This document shows, piece after piece, positions 61,990-64,000 of a DNA stretch of 64,000 nucleotides. Positions within the stretch are counted from its first letter, which is position 1. The number at the start of each line of letters is the position of its first letter. The stretch is from NCBI RefSeq assembly GCF_009914755.1, contig NC_060925.1; one strand, 5' to 3'. This stretch comes from the human T2T-CHM13v2.0 reference genome, Homo sapiens. The translations under genes and the position numbers were made by a program. Below the pieces are notes generated by a model. That model saw nothing but the letters and a program-made list of their open reading frames with translations. It was not told the origin of the DNA and did no database searches.

Positions 61990-63410
61990 GATAATTTAGT
62001 CCGAAAGCCGAGCACATGGTGTTAAGCCTGAATGGTTTGAGGATAATATCTGCATGGGTGGGGGTGGGTCACTGCAACCATGGGATATTACACACATAGA
62101 ATTGATCGAATAAGGAAATATGTTCAAAGTAATGGGAACCAGGTTTCTAACTTTTAGAGAAGGAAGTTACCGATATGGAGAAGGAGAAAACTAGAATGAA
62201 CCCTAATGGTGTTAGATTGGCTAAGAGATATTACTATAATCTCTTGGTTTTCAACATATATTGATAGATGTAGCATGTGTCGATGTATACACATATGCTT
62301 AGCTCTGTCCACTGAGAGGGCCTGGAAATCGACATCCCAATAACAGTGAGCACACTCAGTGTCCAGTTGTTGGTTTCTAAATATAATTAGTTCTGCTGTA
62401 ACATTTGTTTTGCATCATGAGTTTATTTCAGTGCAGTTAATAAGTTAAGAAGCAGGTGAAATACAATGTAAATTTTACATTTATTTCTGCATGATTTTGT
62501 GTTTGAGAAACACTAGGTGAACTCAGGATACTGTATGTAGCTGAACCGAGCTGTGTAGAAATACACAAAATGCATACATGTGCACACCTCACACATCTAC
62601 CAGCTACTTCAGTTACTGCTTGTGTTATTTGTCACACTCATTTACAACTGGTGTAAACTTTCCCTGATTTCATATAGCTAGCCCTCTGCACTACTTCACA
62701 ATAATCCATAAACTAAAACCCTTCTGACACCCACTTCCACAAGCAAACTTCAGGTCTTTTTCAAAAGTAAAATGCCATGTTTATTATGGTATTTATGTAT
62801 TTCTTAACCTTTAACATTTATAAAACTGTGATACCATTTTTATTAGGTTCCTATTTTTTTATGTGCCCTGATGAAGGTTTGTAGTTTTGTGCTTCTAACC
62901 CCACTTTTCTCATAAGCCCTGTGGTTTTATTGAATGACTTTGCATAGTGCAGTGATCTTTAGGAAGATGTATGTCACCTTGTAGATCTGACTGAACCTCT
63001 CTTCATTAAAACAAATCAGAGCTCCTTGAAGAAGGTACTCAGGAGCTCTTCCTGATTCCAGGGCTGGGAGAGGGTCAGAGTACCTCCTCACAAAGTGCTT
63101 ATTAATTACAAGAGGAAAACAAATTAATTTATAGTGGAGATGTCTCCCACTTAAGTCATCACCTTAATCAAGAGATCACAGTCACCAGTAATCAAACAAG
63201 TCTGTCATGTGCCATCTGATTAAATGCAGTGTGAAGAATAGAGCATCACTTCTGTGATATTCCTGCCAAAGATGCATAACTTAAATCCAATCAGGAGGAA
63301 TCATCAGACAAACCTGAATTGAGGCGCATTTTACAAAATAACTGTCTTGCAATCTTCTGAAGTGTAAAGGTTAAAAAATCAAAGAAAGATTGAAGCTGTG
63401 TTTCAGATTG
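61990..63410 (+). mobile_element. L1MC-type 3' region interrupted by a Tigger
   Basis: gggaaccaggtttct...agaatgaaccct; agcatcacttctgtgatattcctgccaaagatgcataac...tcagacaaacc. Confidence 0.65.
62388..62992 (+). mobile_element. Tigger13a-like DNA transposon
   Basis: agttctgctgtaaca...gagaaacactaggtgaac...gctgaaccgagc; family name from memory. Confidence 0.6.
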
Positions 63411-64000
63411 CCACACTTGTCATTTTCTAAGTTTTAAAATTATAGCCATCCTGGAGGATATGACGTGATATCTCATTGCAGTTTTTATTTGCATTTATCG
63501 TCTGGGTAATGCTGTTGAGCATATTTTCATATGCTTATTAGCCATTTTTATTTCTTCTTTGGGATAAGTCTATTCACATCCTCTGCCCATTTTAAAATTG
63601 TGTAGTCTTTATATTATTGCATTATAAGAGTTCCTTATAAATACAAGTCCTTCGTCAGTTGTATTGGCAAATATTTTCTCCCATTCTATGTTTACCTTTT
63701 CATGTTATTGATGGTGTCCTTTGAATAACAAAAGTTATAAATTTTGATAAAGTCTAATTTATCTCATTTTTCTTTCATTCATTGTGCTTTTAATGTCATA
63801 TGTAAGAGAGGTTTGTCTTATCTTCAGTCATGAAGATTTTCTTATTTTTATTTTCTAAGAGCAATGTAATGATAGCATTGTGGGTGATACTTAGTAATGA
63901 AAACGATACTGGAAAAAGAGGAAGGTCTTTGCTCCATTTTGAATTAATTTTCGCACATGATAGAAAGACTCTCCCTTCATTCTTTTGCATATGATATTCA
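63410..64000 (-). mobile_element. Old L1M fragment (continues past the window end)
   Basis: gatatctcattgcagtttttatttgcattt...caaatattttctcccattct. Confidence 0.8.

Overview
This is human genomic DNA with no recognisable protein-coding exon. Species evidence: a human-specific pre-Ta L1HS, an SVA and 26 Alus. It is most likely the interior of a long intron of a gene transcribed on the + strand, because all long L1s, the SVA, most LTRs and 19 of 26 Alus lie on the - strand. Most of the window is transposon-derived: nested LINE-1s, an SVA, solo ERV1/ERV9/MaLR LTRs, hAT/Tigger/Mariner fossils, MIR/L2/CR1 relics and microsatellites. The only real ORFs are L1 ORF2p remnants; the rest of the ORF track is repeat-derived noise. 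I see no new enzymatic or defence system. The notable signals are structural. (1) An ancient L1PB 3' transduction carries an MLT1 fragment ending at that LTR's own poly(A) signal. (2) An SVA and an older AluS sit within one TSD pair, a possible SVA 3' transduction. (3) The pre-Ta L1HS has an internal deletion removing the PIP/Z region. (4) Two inverted Alus are fused at a deletion junction. (5) A MADE1 hairpin resembles miR-548. (6) Several short templated copies and fold-back scars occur across the window. Subfamily names come from recalled consensus sequences and need RepeatMasker/Dfam confirmation.
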